From positions 682,001 to 746,000 of the forward strand of contig NW_026515679.1 in assembly GCF_025526975.1 (NCBI RefSeq): a DNA stretch of 64,000 nt, in the 5' to 3' direction. A program made the position numbers and the translations under genes. The stretch comes from Fimicolochytrium jonesii. Taxonomy: Eukaryota. Numbering within the stretch: the stretch's first letter is position 1; each line of letters starts with the position of its first letter. A model generated the notes under the pieces. That model was given only the letters and a program-made list of their open reading frames with translations, was not told the origin of the DNA and did no database searches. Shown piece by piece: positions 9,507 through 23,179 of this stretch.

Positions 9507-11525
9507 ATGATGACCACAGCCTCCCAAGCGGTCCCTCACTCCTCCTCCCACACAACCCAAACTGTCCCTCCCCCAGCCCTCACCACCGTCCTCGACCTCT
9601 GGAAAGCTCACAAGGCCTCTCTCACGCACACCATCCCCTCCGCAGCCGCCGCGCTGGTCCCCATCCATTTCGCCCACGACGCGTCGGTCGTCTGCGTCCC
9701 TACCGCAGCGGGCGGCGAAGAGATCAAGGAGATTGAGACGTTTATCAGGACCCTTGTTGAGCAGCAGAATGCGGGTAATGCGGTTATGGAGGAGAAAGTT
9801 TTGAGCAGGATTGTGGATGTGGATGAGGGGAGGGCGTCCATTGCCGAAGAGAGCGTAGTGACGATTGTGCATGATGCGGTTGTGGATTGGCTTTTGCCCG
9901 ATGTGAAGCCGACTAGAAGGCGGGTTGCTATTCCTATGGTATGTGCTGTGTTTCTCTCCTTTTTGGTCATTGCAAGTCAAATCTTTTATTCGCCATACAT
10001 GCTAACCTTCTATGCACCCATCCAGACCACGTTCGTAACCTTCACCGCCGAGCCCAAGATCCAGACCAAGCGCGTGTACTGGGACCAAGGCAGCGTGATG
10101 AAGCAGATCGGCCTGCTGCCCAACTCGGTCTACTGCAAAGCAAACACCACCGAGACTACTCTTCCTGTATTGGGACCCAAGATCGTCGACAGGCTGCTCT
10201 TGGACGCTGAGCATGCCACTGCCAATCTGATCCTGAAGGAAAGGAGATTGGAGAGTGGGGTTGCTGGTATTGTTTCTGGAAAGGTATGGTGTCTGAAGCT
10301 GTCGTGCGAGGTTTAAGCCGTCCGGATATAGGTGCTCATCAACATACATTACCCGAATGTTACAGGAACCTCTCCTCGTCAAAGCCCAAGCGCATGAACC
10401 CGCACACGGGATCATCCCCCAACACGAAGACGACGTCGACACCGATACGCTCCGTCTCGCCCAAATCAAGCGCCAAAACCGCCTCTCGGCCTCGTTCGCC
10501 CTGCCCGTTGAGGAAAACAACATTGTGCCCTCCTCCGCGCCCCTCCCGCAACAAGCTGCCCGTCCGTCGCGCGAGCAAACCACCAACTTCCTCACTGATG
10601 ACGCGCCTAGGGAAACACAGCGCTCGTCGACTAGGATTCATCACGAACAGGCCAACAGGACCTCCAACATCTTTGGTGACGACCCCGTGCCGCTTCGTAC
10701 GTCCGTTCCCATCGACGCCAGACGGTTCAAGTCCAGCTTTTCGTTTGGAAACGAGGGTGAGGGTGAAGCCGCGCCCGCGCATAACGGTGAAAGACGTCAC
10801 TTAAGCCGGCCCAACACCGCTGCCGCAGGCAACGATAGTCGAGTTGACCAGGCGGCTAAGCACCTGACCCGCCGCGACCCCAACTGGTCATCTGCCGACG
10901 GCCCCACTGTCCGAGAAACCACCGACAACGCCTCCATTTCTGGCAAAAAGACCTTTGGCAACAAGCACAGCGCGGACCATTTCATCGACACGGCCGTCTC
11001 CTCCACCTCCTCCTCCAGCAGCGTCAACGGCGACGACCCCTCTGTGCTCGCCGCCGGCAAAAAGCATTTCGGACCCGCTGACCAAACCTCCCATTTCGCC
11101 CTCGGCCTCACCCCCCTCACGCACTCGGAGCTGCAGCGCCCTCATATCGGAGGCAAGAAACATTCCCAGCGCGCCAACGACGACAATGACATCTTTGGAC
11201 ACCATGACGCGGACTTGCACACTCATCGTAGGCATTACGCGCCTGGCGGCAGTGAGCGCGTGGCCTTGGCGGCCGCGGCGGAGGCAAGGGATGGGGAAGG
11301 GTTTGAAGGGTTTGGACATGGGTTTGGAGGCAAGCAGGAACGGCCGAGGACGGCGAGACGTGATCCGAATGCAAGAAGTGTGGAGAGTGAGGTGGTTAAG
11401 CCTTCTAGCAGGTATGTGGTTGTGGCTGGGCCGCCTCTTCATATCCCCTTTATCGTGCTTACCTTCCCGATTTTAACAGAGTCCTGCGTCCACCCGGAGG
11501 CGGCCAGTCCTTCACCTTCGGATAA
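9507..11525 (+). CDS. NTF2/SnoaL-like N-terminal domain, disordered region and C-terminal SRVLRPPGGG (HN1/Jupiter-like) motif; exons 9507-9938, 10026-10283, 10366-11411, 11480-11525
   Basis: DWLLPDVKPTRRRVAIPM|TTFVTF...KRVYWDQGSVMKQIGLLP is typical of fungal NTF2-like proteins; spliced end KPSSRVLRPPGGGQSFTFG*. Confidence 0.75.
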
Positions 11526-12192
11526 CGAACAGAAGCATATGTTTTCGCTTATATGTATTCCGCGGAGGACACTATAAGATTGATGTGAATATGAGTATGG
11601 ACTATTTACCGAGGAATTATGGGGGATGTGATGGGATGAGCGGTTCTATTTGGTTAATGGACTTGGGGGCTGAGAGCTTCTGTAAATGTACTTTCTCCTT
11701 ATGTGAATTGGATCTATGTGATTGATTTGTTTGCTGTCTGGTGTGGGGACGCTGGGACGAGCTGGGACGTAAGAAGCGTAGTTGAGATGAAGTGTGGCAC
11801 GAAATCCTCCAATCATCTGACATTTGCATCCCCACGGGAAGGGCAACTCGAGCACAACAACCTCGAGAGACAACAATTGTAAGCAGAGTGCCGTGCAGCG
11901 TAAGGCGCAAGGGAAACACTTCACCTCAAAGAAAAGACGACGAACCTCGCCACAGAAGCCATCCTGACAACAGAGCGATTCTACCCTCCGCCGACGTTAC
12001 CTATTGTCCTACCACGTCTGTAGGAAAGACATCTTTTTCTGCCGACTGCAGTATCGAATTGCTTACGCATCCTAGGGTTCCAAGACGGAATTGGGCGAAG
12101 TGCTCAAGCGGAAGATGCTTCAACTACTTCCAGATGAGGTGCTCACCGAAATTTGGAAGCTTCTTGCTCTCGGGCGTGGAACAAGCAATCGG

Positions 12193-12904
12193 CTATAGTC
12201 GGCTGAGATCCCATCCCATTGTACTCCTGTTGTTTGTCGTCCCTTGCCAGAGCTGCGTGGGAATTTCCGTATGCGGATTCAACGGCTCTACATGGACTGA
12301 AGACTCTTCCGCGTCCAAAAAAGGAAGCTTGAGTGTTTGACCAGAGGGGATGCGTCCGTGGAGGTAGCTTGGTGCAGTTGCAGATTTCAACGGCTCTGAA
12401 TGGGATGTTGCAGATGTCGTTGTCCTGTCTGCTGCAAATATTGAGAAGAGGCCGACGCCGGGATGTTGCAATATGGGGAAGCGCTCCTCTTTGAACTTGC
12501 TAGCGCCGCTGAGACTACGACAGCTGGAAGCAGTCCCCACCAGCAACCACTAGCTAAAAGGCCCCAGACGGGGAGTGTGACCCGTCTCATTCTTTACACG
12601 ACGAGAGTCGGGAGAAGCGACGCTGGCAAGGGAGCGGGAGGCTGGCTTTCAACGCAAACTAAGCGGCGGGATTGAGAAGAAACGCGCTGTCAAACGCCGT
12701 CAGTCGGCGGTTAGGGTTGCGCTTCCTCTCTTACCTCACTCCTCTCGCTTGGCCTCTTGAACCTTCCCAAAGGTTTCTGTTCCCAGCGATGCCGTAGCGC
12801 GTCCTCAAGAATATGCCCAAGACGAACAGCAGGGCGATTGCGCGAGCCGGCCGGCGCGTTAGGAGGGCCATCAGCCAGGCGGCGGGGTTGTGTGCAAAAG
12901 TCAT
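12193..12904 (-). pseudogene. Possible degenerate gene with an N-terminal hydrophobic segment
   Basis: ATG at 12904 (MTFAHNPAAWLMALLTRRPARAIALLFVLGIFL), GTAAGA donor at 12734; the downstream frame is interrupted by TAG before ORF 12193-12546. No recognisable domain. Confidence 0.2.
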
Positions 12905-12982
12905 GTTTGTTGGTTCTGCTTGAATCTTGAGAAGGGCGCCAACAAGCTCTTGAGTGAGCTCTTGAAATTGAGTTACTGTGAG

Positions 12983-13023
12983 AGAAGCATGCACCCACGT
13001 GACCCTGCTGTAGTTTATTGTTT
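12983..13023. promoter_or_regulatory. 41-bp dispersed element, copy B (CACGTGAC at 12996-13003)
   Basis: agaagcatgcacccacgtgaccctgctgtagtttattgttt; same orientation as copy A; 223 bp upstream of the HNH gene ATG. Confidence 0.7.
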
Positions 13024-13245
13024 TCTTCCCTTCCTACATGTCGGAGTCCGTTGTATGTAGTAGCTTTCTCCTTCCTCTTTAGTCTTCATACAGGTGATAA
13101 ACGTTGTGAGAATAGACTCTCCCGCCCGCGGCCCCAAGTCTTTGGTTTCTCCCATTCCTCGCCCCTCCGTCTGTCCCATCATCTGTCTCTCGACCTTGCT
13201 TGCTCAGCCTTCTCTACTACTCCTCCTTTCGTGCCCGAGTCCAAA

Positions 13246-14539
13246 ATGGCCCCTCCTGTTCCTCGCGTGAAAAGCGCTGCCATATACGTCCTCACCGACT
13301 CGTCTTCTACATACGTCGCCGTCCCTGCGTCCGCCTCGGGCCGCCGCGCCGACGAGCTTGGAATATTCCTCGAGATTATCTCAGGGGGTGCCATTCACCT
13401 GTCCTCGGACATTTTCCTCACACTGAAACGCACCGGTGAAGTGGTTGCAGCACTTACCAGCGATGCCATTGTCTATGGAGGCGTGTACACTCTCACCGCA
13501 ACCTCGCCGGTTCACTTCGTCTACCCTTCCGAAACGCCCCGCTTGTTTCCGCCGAGTCGAAAGGGTACGCCCACCGCCTCTCTCACAACATCGCGCCCAG
13601 GCTCACCCCGCGACACGTTGCTCGTCAACGCACAGGACGTACAGTATGTGAACATAAACCTAGATACACCAGTGATTGAGTCAGTGTCCGTGCGCAACTG
13701 CAGCGGCTGGGGCAAGGGGCTGGCCAAGCTCGGACGCGTGTATCCAGCTTTATGTTCACATACTGTACTGAACCGTGATATCCGTTCTCGCGAGAATATC
13801 ATACAGCGTGACCGCTACTGCGTAGTCACCGGAACCACCAACCTGAATTCACTCCGGGGCTGTCACATTATCCCTTTCGCATGGAAGAAAAATCAGGTCG
13901 TCGGTTCCCTTCCCCCAGCCGTAAGGGATCACATATTGGAAAACCTTGGCGCAGCCGGCATCGACGACGTGAGGAATGGATTCTTGGCTACCCGTGACTT
14001 GCACGACGCCTTTGACCGTGGAGAGTGGGCAGTGGCAAACTTAGATGGCCGCCCCTGTTTTTTTGGCATCTCGCCTGAATACCACGCTTCGGACCACCAT
14101 AGACAGCCATTGCGCCTTCCCGACGGCGCGTTTCCGGACGGCGAGCCACTGGTGGACTACTTTCCGGACCCGATACTCTGGCAGCACCATTTCCAATGTG
14201 CAGTCTTCCGCCACATGCGTGGCGGCGGGGAGATAGATGATGACCAACGTGACCCAGACGTGGATCCTGATGAACTGCGTCAAACCGTGCTGGATATGGA
14301 GGCGGAGCTCGAGAGCATCGATGCAGAGTTGGGCCATCTAGAAGGTAACACCAAAGTTTCACAAATCTTACTTCTTCAACATTATCATTTTTCATGCGCT
14401 GACATTTGCCCCGCCAATTTTCGCAGAGGTCGGGTTGGGGGAGGCGGTGAGGAAACTTCGTGCGGATGTGGCCAAAGAGTACTATGGTCGAGTGGACACC
14501 TATGGGGTACCTGCAAACATTCCCGCCGCTTATCTTTAG
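13246..14539 (+). CDS. Crinkler-type HNH endonuclease protein (putative ubiquitin-like header + HNH_2 domain); last intron 14345-14426
   Basis: RDRYCVVTG...GCHIIPF...IDDVRNGFLATRDLHDAFDRGEWAV...PDPILWQHHFQCAVFRHMRGGG. Likely start aaaATGgcc at 13246; spliced end EVGLGEAVRKLRADVAKEYY...AAYL*. A further internal intron near 13645-13790 cannot be excluded. Confidence 0.85.
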
Positions 14540-14554
14540 GGCGGCGCCTAGACG

Positions 14555-14613
14555 GCACACTGGATTTCGTTAATCGCACACCGGAAGTCGTTAATCGCAC
14601 ACCGGATTTTGTT
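14555..14613. repeat. 21-bp tandem repeat, ~2.8 copies
   Basis: gcacactggatttcgttaatc / gcacaccggaagtcgttaatc / gcacaccggattttgtt, just after the HNH stop. Confidence 0.85.
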
Positions 14614-15333
14614 GGACACACATGGGGCCGTGACTTTATAATTCCACTTATGAATCTATTGCAATTTTTTGATTGGCTGTGCTTCCCCAAACCAACCAGT
14701 CGGCCGCAAAGCGTAATTCTATTAATTTTACAGTAATAGAACATTGTCCATTCTCTCTCCCCTATAGCTGCAAACATAAAGTAGAGCCAATAAGAGGTAA
14801 ACAGAAAGAGCATCAGATGCAATGGATTCCATCCTTTGTGGAGTCTCAGCTCTCGGTCGGTCCGTCATAAACAGCCTATTGACTGCTATTGTTAAAAGGG
14901 CTACTGTCAATAGGGCGAACTAGATCTTAGAGGGACGAGCGTGAGATCCGAAGAGGCTGGTATCATTGAAAAACACAGTGGGTTGATGCCGCTGTTGTAT
15001 GAAGAAACGCTTCATCCGGCCAGCGATGAGGGAGGGCTTGGACGCATTCGACACTTTCGGTCGCTGAACGCTTATGACCTTTGGGCACCCAATGCGATGA
15101 CACCCCGGTTGGCGACGCACCGGAACCAAAGGCAAGACTCAAGAGGCAGGCCGGCCAGTCACAATGTGCTCGGCTGACGGTTGTCCAGCGGCCTCTACAT
15201 AGATCTACTTAGGCATAGCTAGTACATAGCTCCCTGATTTGAGAACGTCCAAAGCCGTCCCGTCCCCTTCGTTGGCTGTATTGTTACATACGCTCAGTCA
15301 GTCGCACGGGATGATCCACGTCCAAAACAAACA

Positions 15334-16480
15334 TCAATCATCATCATCATCAACTTGTTGAATTGAATCATGAAAGCCCACGCGCGTGGTTGGAGGTGCG
15401 CCACGCTTCTCTCGTATGATTCGGATTCGCAACATCTGAGCATCTAAACTAGCCCATTCCTCCTTTACCAACGTTTCCAGCTTGTTGAGGGTTTGTGGGC
15501 GCCGTGCTTGCACCCGACGCTTGAGAATGGCCCAAAGATTCTCGATCGGGTTCAAATCTGGGCTTTTTGCAGGCCACGGCATGACAGGGATGAGCCATTC
15601 CACAAAAAATTCCTTTGATTTGCGTGAGGTATGAACCGGTGAGTTGTCTTGTTGAAAAATCCAGGCCTCATCTTGGGGATTGTCCTGCACAATCCAGGGA
15701 ATGAAGTGCTGCTGAAGGATCCCACAAAAAATGTCGGAATCCATTGTACCGCGGAGAGCAGCGAGGGGGCCAGAATTGTCACCTAAAAAGCAGCCCCAAA
15801 ACATGATGGATCTGCCACGGGGTCCGACCGCTTCTCTTGAAGGCAATCTGGGTGCAGACGCTCCCTGTCGTGCCTCCAGACGAGGACTCGGCCCTCTTTC
15901 CCCAACTCCCAAGAGGTTTCGTTAGTCCACACAATGTGAGACCACTCTGCAGCAGTCCACGCCTGATACTCCCTAGCAAAGTCAACCCGTGCCTGGATGT
16001 GTTGGGGCAGGAGACGAGGCTTTTTGACTGCCCAGACCCACCGAAGACCCAGAACATCCAAACATCGCTGAATGGTACGCTTGGAGACAGGATCGGAGCG
16101 CCCAGCATTGAGCTGTTGGGTCACATCGGGCAAAGGAGTGCGCCGCTCCTCAGCTGTGCGAGTGGTGAGCCGGAGCAAATAATGGGAGTCGTTCTCAGAG
16201 AGCTTGGGAGGGCGGCCGGAGCGCGGACGGGCCTCGTAGGAGCCAGTTTCGGTGAATTGCTTGACAATGCGGGAGACGGTCGCAATGGAGACGTTCTCAA
16301 GTTCTGCTATGTCCTTGAAAGGCGCGATGGTGAGCACTGATGGCAGTCCTTTTGTCTTTGGGGGTATGCTGAGGCATGGTAAAAGTTTGGGGGCAAACGA
16401 CGGGTGGCCAGGGCATGGCTTTTAAGTTGGGCGAAGAATGGGGCGTGACGCGTTTGCAGAACTTTTGTCACCCCCTCAAC
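15334..16480 (-). mobile_element. Inactivated Tc1/mariner (DD34E) transposon: frameshifted transposase, one candidate TIR
   Basis: HTH and linker (IAELENVSIATVSRIVK...RSGRPPKLS...KKP), WTNE (first D changed to N), IMFWGCF, FQQDNSPVH, WPAKSPDLNPIENLW with 34 residues between D and E. Probable ATG at 16377 (MPQHTPKDKR); frameshifts near 16320 and 15830; Tc1-like end gagggggtgacaaaagt (minus strand, ~16461-16477); no partner TIR found. Confidence 0.9.
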
Positions 16481-16650
16481 CATTTCGGGGGCTTTTTCGA
16501 ACAAGCAATCGTGCTGCCTAACATACTGCACAATTCCTCAGATACTTGTAGTCCCAGTGTCCTACTCTTTTCTCTCGTCAGGTCTTGAGCGGCCGTATTT
16601 TTTGTTTGCGTCCGGCCTCAGCGGTTGTCCTTCGCCTGCGCCGTCACAGG

Positions 16651-19029
16651 ATGTCCGCCGAAAGCGGAGATCCTCCAGAAGTAACACTGCACCTCAACGA
16701 TATCGACGACTTGAACTCCCAAGGAGATGTGCAGGTGGACCCGCTGACGGGAAAGCCGCTGCCAAACGTCCCCGTCCAAAATCGTGTGTCAACGATGATG
16801 ACGATGAAAATGGAGGTTAGAGAACACCCACCACATGCCACCAGCACCGGCCAATCTCCACAACCACCGCGTGCAGAACAACAGCAGATACCTCCTCATT
16901 CCCACCTACCCCACTCTCCCCCCATGCGAACCTCCTCCACCCTCTCCGCCGTCTCCACGACCCCAGACGTCGACACCGAGCTTAGCACCCACTACGTCCT
17001 GAAAGCACTCCGCGACAAAACAGAAGTAACCGCAGACTTCCTACCACTCCTCGCATCCGGAAAAGCCTGCCTCTTCTTGCCTCTCGCGGCGGCTCTCAGT
17101 AGCATCAGCGAGAGTGGTCTTTCGGTCGTATTTTTCGAACATCATGTGTTTGTCAACCGCCCGGATTATCCAAATCAGCTCCTGTCGCTAGGTGGGATTC
17201 GAGGTAAAGATCATGGCGCTGTGCAGATGTGATCGATGGCCCTCTTTTTAACCTGGCGTAGCGCTTATGAAGGGGTCTAGGTTGATCATCATTGGTGACA
17301 GGCCTACGGACGAGGAGTTGCGGCGCAAGACGGTGGGAGGAGGGAACGTGTCCGTTTCCGTGTGGGGTAAGCGTGACATGTCGCTCAGTTCCAGATGTGT
17401 GAAAGTCCTTGTAATGATCTTTGGATCTAGACACATTCGATGTAGAAGCAACGACAGTCGACGACTTTCCGTCCATCGAGCTTTTATCCGACATTGGCGA
17501 CGCATACCCATTAGACGACCATACCTCCATCAAAGTGATCCTCATGAAACGGCCCATCCTCAACGACGACCTTCAAAATCGAGGGTCAGGGAGCCAACGA
17601 CGACGGAACCAGCAACACCCGCACCGACGACCGCCCCTCCAATCAACGCCCTCCTACAACACCACCCTCCTCACCCTCCCCTCCCTCAGCTTCGACCTTA
17701 CAACCGTACCCTCCAACATCCTCAACACCCTTCCCAATCTCCCGAATCTCCCCAACCTCCCCAACCTCTTCACCACCAAACCCCCCACCTCGACTGTGTC
17801 ACTCACATCCATCCCCCATCTGTCCACCGATCCCACCCACCACCTCCTCCTCCAATCCTCCACCGACCCGCGTTTCGCCCGCGTCGTCGAGGAAATCGAC
17901 CGATACCTCGCCATCGACGTCAAACGCGCCATAACGGCCACCACCCCGTTCTCGTCCGACCAACTAGCCGCCCAACACGCCGCATTTTTGAACCGGATGC
18001 GCGCACTGTGTAGCGCCTCGCTACCCACCCTCTTTTTCCCGACATCCCCAACGGATACATCACCCACAGAAACCCTCGTCCGCGCCATCGACACCTACAC
18101 CCTCACCCTCGCCCACGCGCCCCTCTACGCCTCCGTCCTCGCCGAGGAACAAACCAACGATCTGCGCTCACACCGCAAAATGGCCTTCCTGGCCGTCAGC
18201 GGCTTCGGGCTGCCGCATCTGGGTCTCCCCGACGACACCATCGACCGCGCGGCGTTGCGAGTCACGATACGCAGGGCGGGCGTCGAGCTCCTGACCGCCG
18301 AGCGGGCCGTGACCCCCCGCGAAAAGCTGGACGCCTTCGTGAGAGCCATCCAGGTCGTAGCGGACCGGCTGACGGCGTGCTTCAAACCCCGGGAGGAGTC
18401 GACCCGCGGAGGCGGCGCGGATATGCTCCTCCCCCTCCTCATCTACATCGTCGTGAAAACCAACCCGCCGCGCCTGCCCAGCACGCTTAAATACATCCAG
18501 CGCTTCTGGTTCGCCCACAGGCCGCAGGGCCACTGGGGGTACTGTGTTACGACCATGGTACGTGAGTGTGCTTTTCTCATTGCATGCATTACAGAACGGC
18601 GGAGTTGGCTGATGGCCTTTTTGGGGATGTGGATGTGGGGGTGATTTGTTTTTTGATTTTATTTTTTTTCCGCAGACGGCGGTGCACACGTTCTTGGACA
18701 CAATCGACGTATCCTCCCTCGGGCTCGACTCGGATTCAGATTCAGATTCACTGGCGGTGGATGCGGCGACGGCGGCGTATGTCGCGTCCTTGCTCCCCAC
18801 CGGCAGCGGCGCCAGCGAGGATGTGATTGTGTTGTCGAGTGGTGTGTTGGCGAGGGGGGTGCGGGATGATGCGGATGATGGTGGGGGAGGGAAGACGGCG
18901 GTGCGTGGTGGTGAGCCGACGGTGGACGAGACGTTGAGTCAGAGGATATATGGGCTGTGGCCATTCAGACGGGAGACCCCGGGCTCGAGGGGAGCACCGG
19001 CCGCGGTCACCCATACACCCGTGAGTTAA
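16651..19029 (+). CDS. VPS9-domain Rab5-family GEF, multi-exon (last intron 18558-18675); start uncertain
   Basis: VTPREKLDAFVRAI...GADMLLPLLIYIVVKTNPPRLPSTLKYIQRF...GHWGYCVTTM|TAVHTFL matches the VPS9 signature. Confidence 0.85.
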
Positions 19030-19328
19030 TGACGAACAGAAGTAATGGAGATTGAGCGAAAGCAAGTAGATACAATGACGGTGGGGATAGCGCGGCTAGA
19101 TAGGGGCAGTCTAGCTAGGATGGGTGGGTAAGCGGCGCTAGCCTACTGTACAGTGTACGCCCGTACACCCGCTGCGCTACGTTACAGAGCGCATGTCACG
19201 CACGCGTCGATGAATGTATCACAGCCGTCGAAATGATTGAACTAGCCTACAATGCGCGTCTTTTGGACCATTCAACACCCGGCCCATCAAATGCGTCAAC
19301 GAACTCCTGCACTGCAAAACGTGCCTTC

Positions 19329-21091
<1,763 letters not shown>

Positions 21092-21785
21092 CCTTGCGTT
21101 TGGGGGTGTGTTGCGGAGGGGATGGGGGTTTTCAGTGCGAGAGACGGATATGGACCGCAAGTACGAGGAAGGGGCGTGAGTGTAGATCTAGAGGGTATAT
21201 ATATGCTTTGGGGGCGGCGGTGGTTGCGGGGGGGCGACCAAGCGGAGAGCGAGAAAAGGGAGAAGGAGGAGGGGGAGAGAGCGGAGTGGGCGGTGACTCA
21301 TGGCCCATGACTCATCATCTTCTGCTGCGCCACTTTGCTCCTTCAACCCACGCGCGGCTTCTCATCCCATCATGGAGCTTTTGCGTTCTCATCAGGGAGG
21401 GTATGCCTCTTTTGACTGACGGGGGCCTAAAATCGCATTGACAGATTATTGACAGCGCGTCTTTCACGTAAGCGGCGAAATCTCCCTTTCGGACAGCCCT
21501 GTCTTCTGGTCTTGGCAGCAGATCCGTGACCTCCTTTTCACTCACAGCCTCGTCTTCGCGGTCCCGAGTCTTATTACTTGTCCGTCTGCGCCAAGACATC
21601 TTCTGTCAATGGCTTAATCTGTAGAGAACATTCCTTTCCGACAGTATTTAAGCTTCCTCATTTAAGACCGGCATTCCTTTCGCAAACGCGAATCCCCTCT
21701 GTACAAGTGGATTTATTCCGTAATCCTTGACACGTCTGATCTTCACCTTTCCTCATACATTCTCGTAACACATAAACACCAATCC

Positions 21786-22778
21786 ATGATTGCTCGGCCT
21801 ACTTTCGCCGTCGGTCCGCGCCGGCTGGCTCTGCTGCTTTTTGCCCTCCTATATCTCGCAGCGCCAGCCGCTGCACAAAACTCGACGAGTGATAACAGTG
21901 AGTCTCATAATGCTCGAACGATGTAGAAAACTGTAAAGTTCAAGTCCCCCATCTACGTTCATTCCTCCAGTTCTGAATGGCTTCGGCCATGCGGGCGAAC
22001 TCGTCGCCCAGCGCGCTGTCCTAGGCGCCATCACCATCGCTCTCGGCGTCTACCTCCTGCTTCTAGGCGAGCGGTTATGGAAACTCACCCTCTTCTGCGC
22101 CGGGTTCTTCATCACCGGTACGTCCCCCCACCCATCCCATCACTCCCCACCCATCCCATTCAAACCCCTCCCACAGCCCTCGCTGGCTACCTCATCCTCG
22201 TCAACGTCGAGCCCTCCAGCGGCTACCCCAACCACTCCACCACCATCCTCCTCGGGTCCCTCGCCTGCGGCGTCGTCGGCGGCGGCCTCGCCATCTGTCT
22301 CTGGCGTCTCGGCATCGTCTTCCTCGGCGCCGGCGCTGGCTTCCTATTCGGGATGTTCCTCCTCTCCTGGCAAAGCGGGGGCATCATCGACTCATCAAAT
22401 GGTCGTATCATCCTTTTGGCCATCACCACCGGCCTCGGGTTGTTTGCGGCGGGCTTCTTGCAGAAACGGGCATTGATTGTTGCGACGAGTATCGCGGGGG
22501 CTTATAGTTTGATGTTTGGCATTGACTGTTTTGTGAGGACGGGGCTTGTGGAGAGTTTTGGCGCGTTTCTGGTCAAGCCGGAGAATTATAGTCATACGAG
22601 TTTCGTGTGAGTATTCGATTTGATGCTCGACGTTTTCATCGCTTTTGCACTGACCGCTCGCTGTTTTCATCCGTTCAGATTGACTTGGCAAGTAGGCCTC
22701 ATGCTCGGCTCGATGGTGCTCATCGCCTTCATCGGCACGGTAATACAATGGAAGTTCACCAAAAGCAGAGGATGGTGA
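21786..22778 (+). CDS. Multi-pass membrane protein, TM7S3/TMEM198-like (DUF4203), 4 exons, with signal peptide
   Basis: Signal LALLLFALLYLAAPAAAQ; GVYLLLLGERLWKLTLFCAGF; GVVGGGLAI...LGAGAGF; IVATSIAGAYSLMFGIDCF; spliced end GTVIQWKFTKSRGW*. Confidence 0.8.
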
Positions 22779-23179
22779 ACGGACAATGTTTCGTCTGGTG
22801 GGGGAATAACCCTCCCACCGCTCACTACCCTCGTAACAATCGCACACGTCTTCAGAACATGCTTTCAGAACAGAACCCGTATCATCACCAACTTCACCCC
22901 AATCTCTTACAGTAATGCATCGCATCACACGGCAGGCTTTTTTCAAAGCAGCGCCACTCAGTACTTTCACTTCAACAATCTACCTCATATTTCCTCTTCA
23001 GTGCTGAAATCAGACCATTATCTCATTCGAAGTCCATAAGAAAAACGTTTATCGGAACATTGGCTATACGGGGTTTAATGTGTCTTGCGCACGAAAGGGA
23101 CGGGTGGGCGGGTTTGTAAATGCTGGGAGGACATTGGGTAGTATCCGTTGGATGAAGATGGAGGAAGACGTCCGTGCTG

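Noticed and set aside
13018..13245. N-terminal extension of the HNH ORF from a TTG start
   Set aside because: Pyrimidine-rich UTR-like sequence; first good ATG at 13246.
14555..14613. 21-bp repeats (and the 124-bp repeats at 57267) as a CRISPR array
   Set aside because: Contiguous tandem copies without a series of unique spacers; eukaryotic context and no cas genes.
14875..14914. 9-bp inverted repeat cctattgac/gtcaatagg as the missing Tc1 end
   Set aside because: No similarity to the candidate TIR at ~16461-16477.
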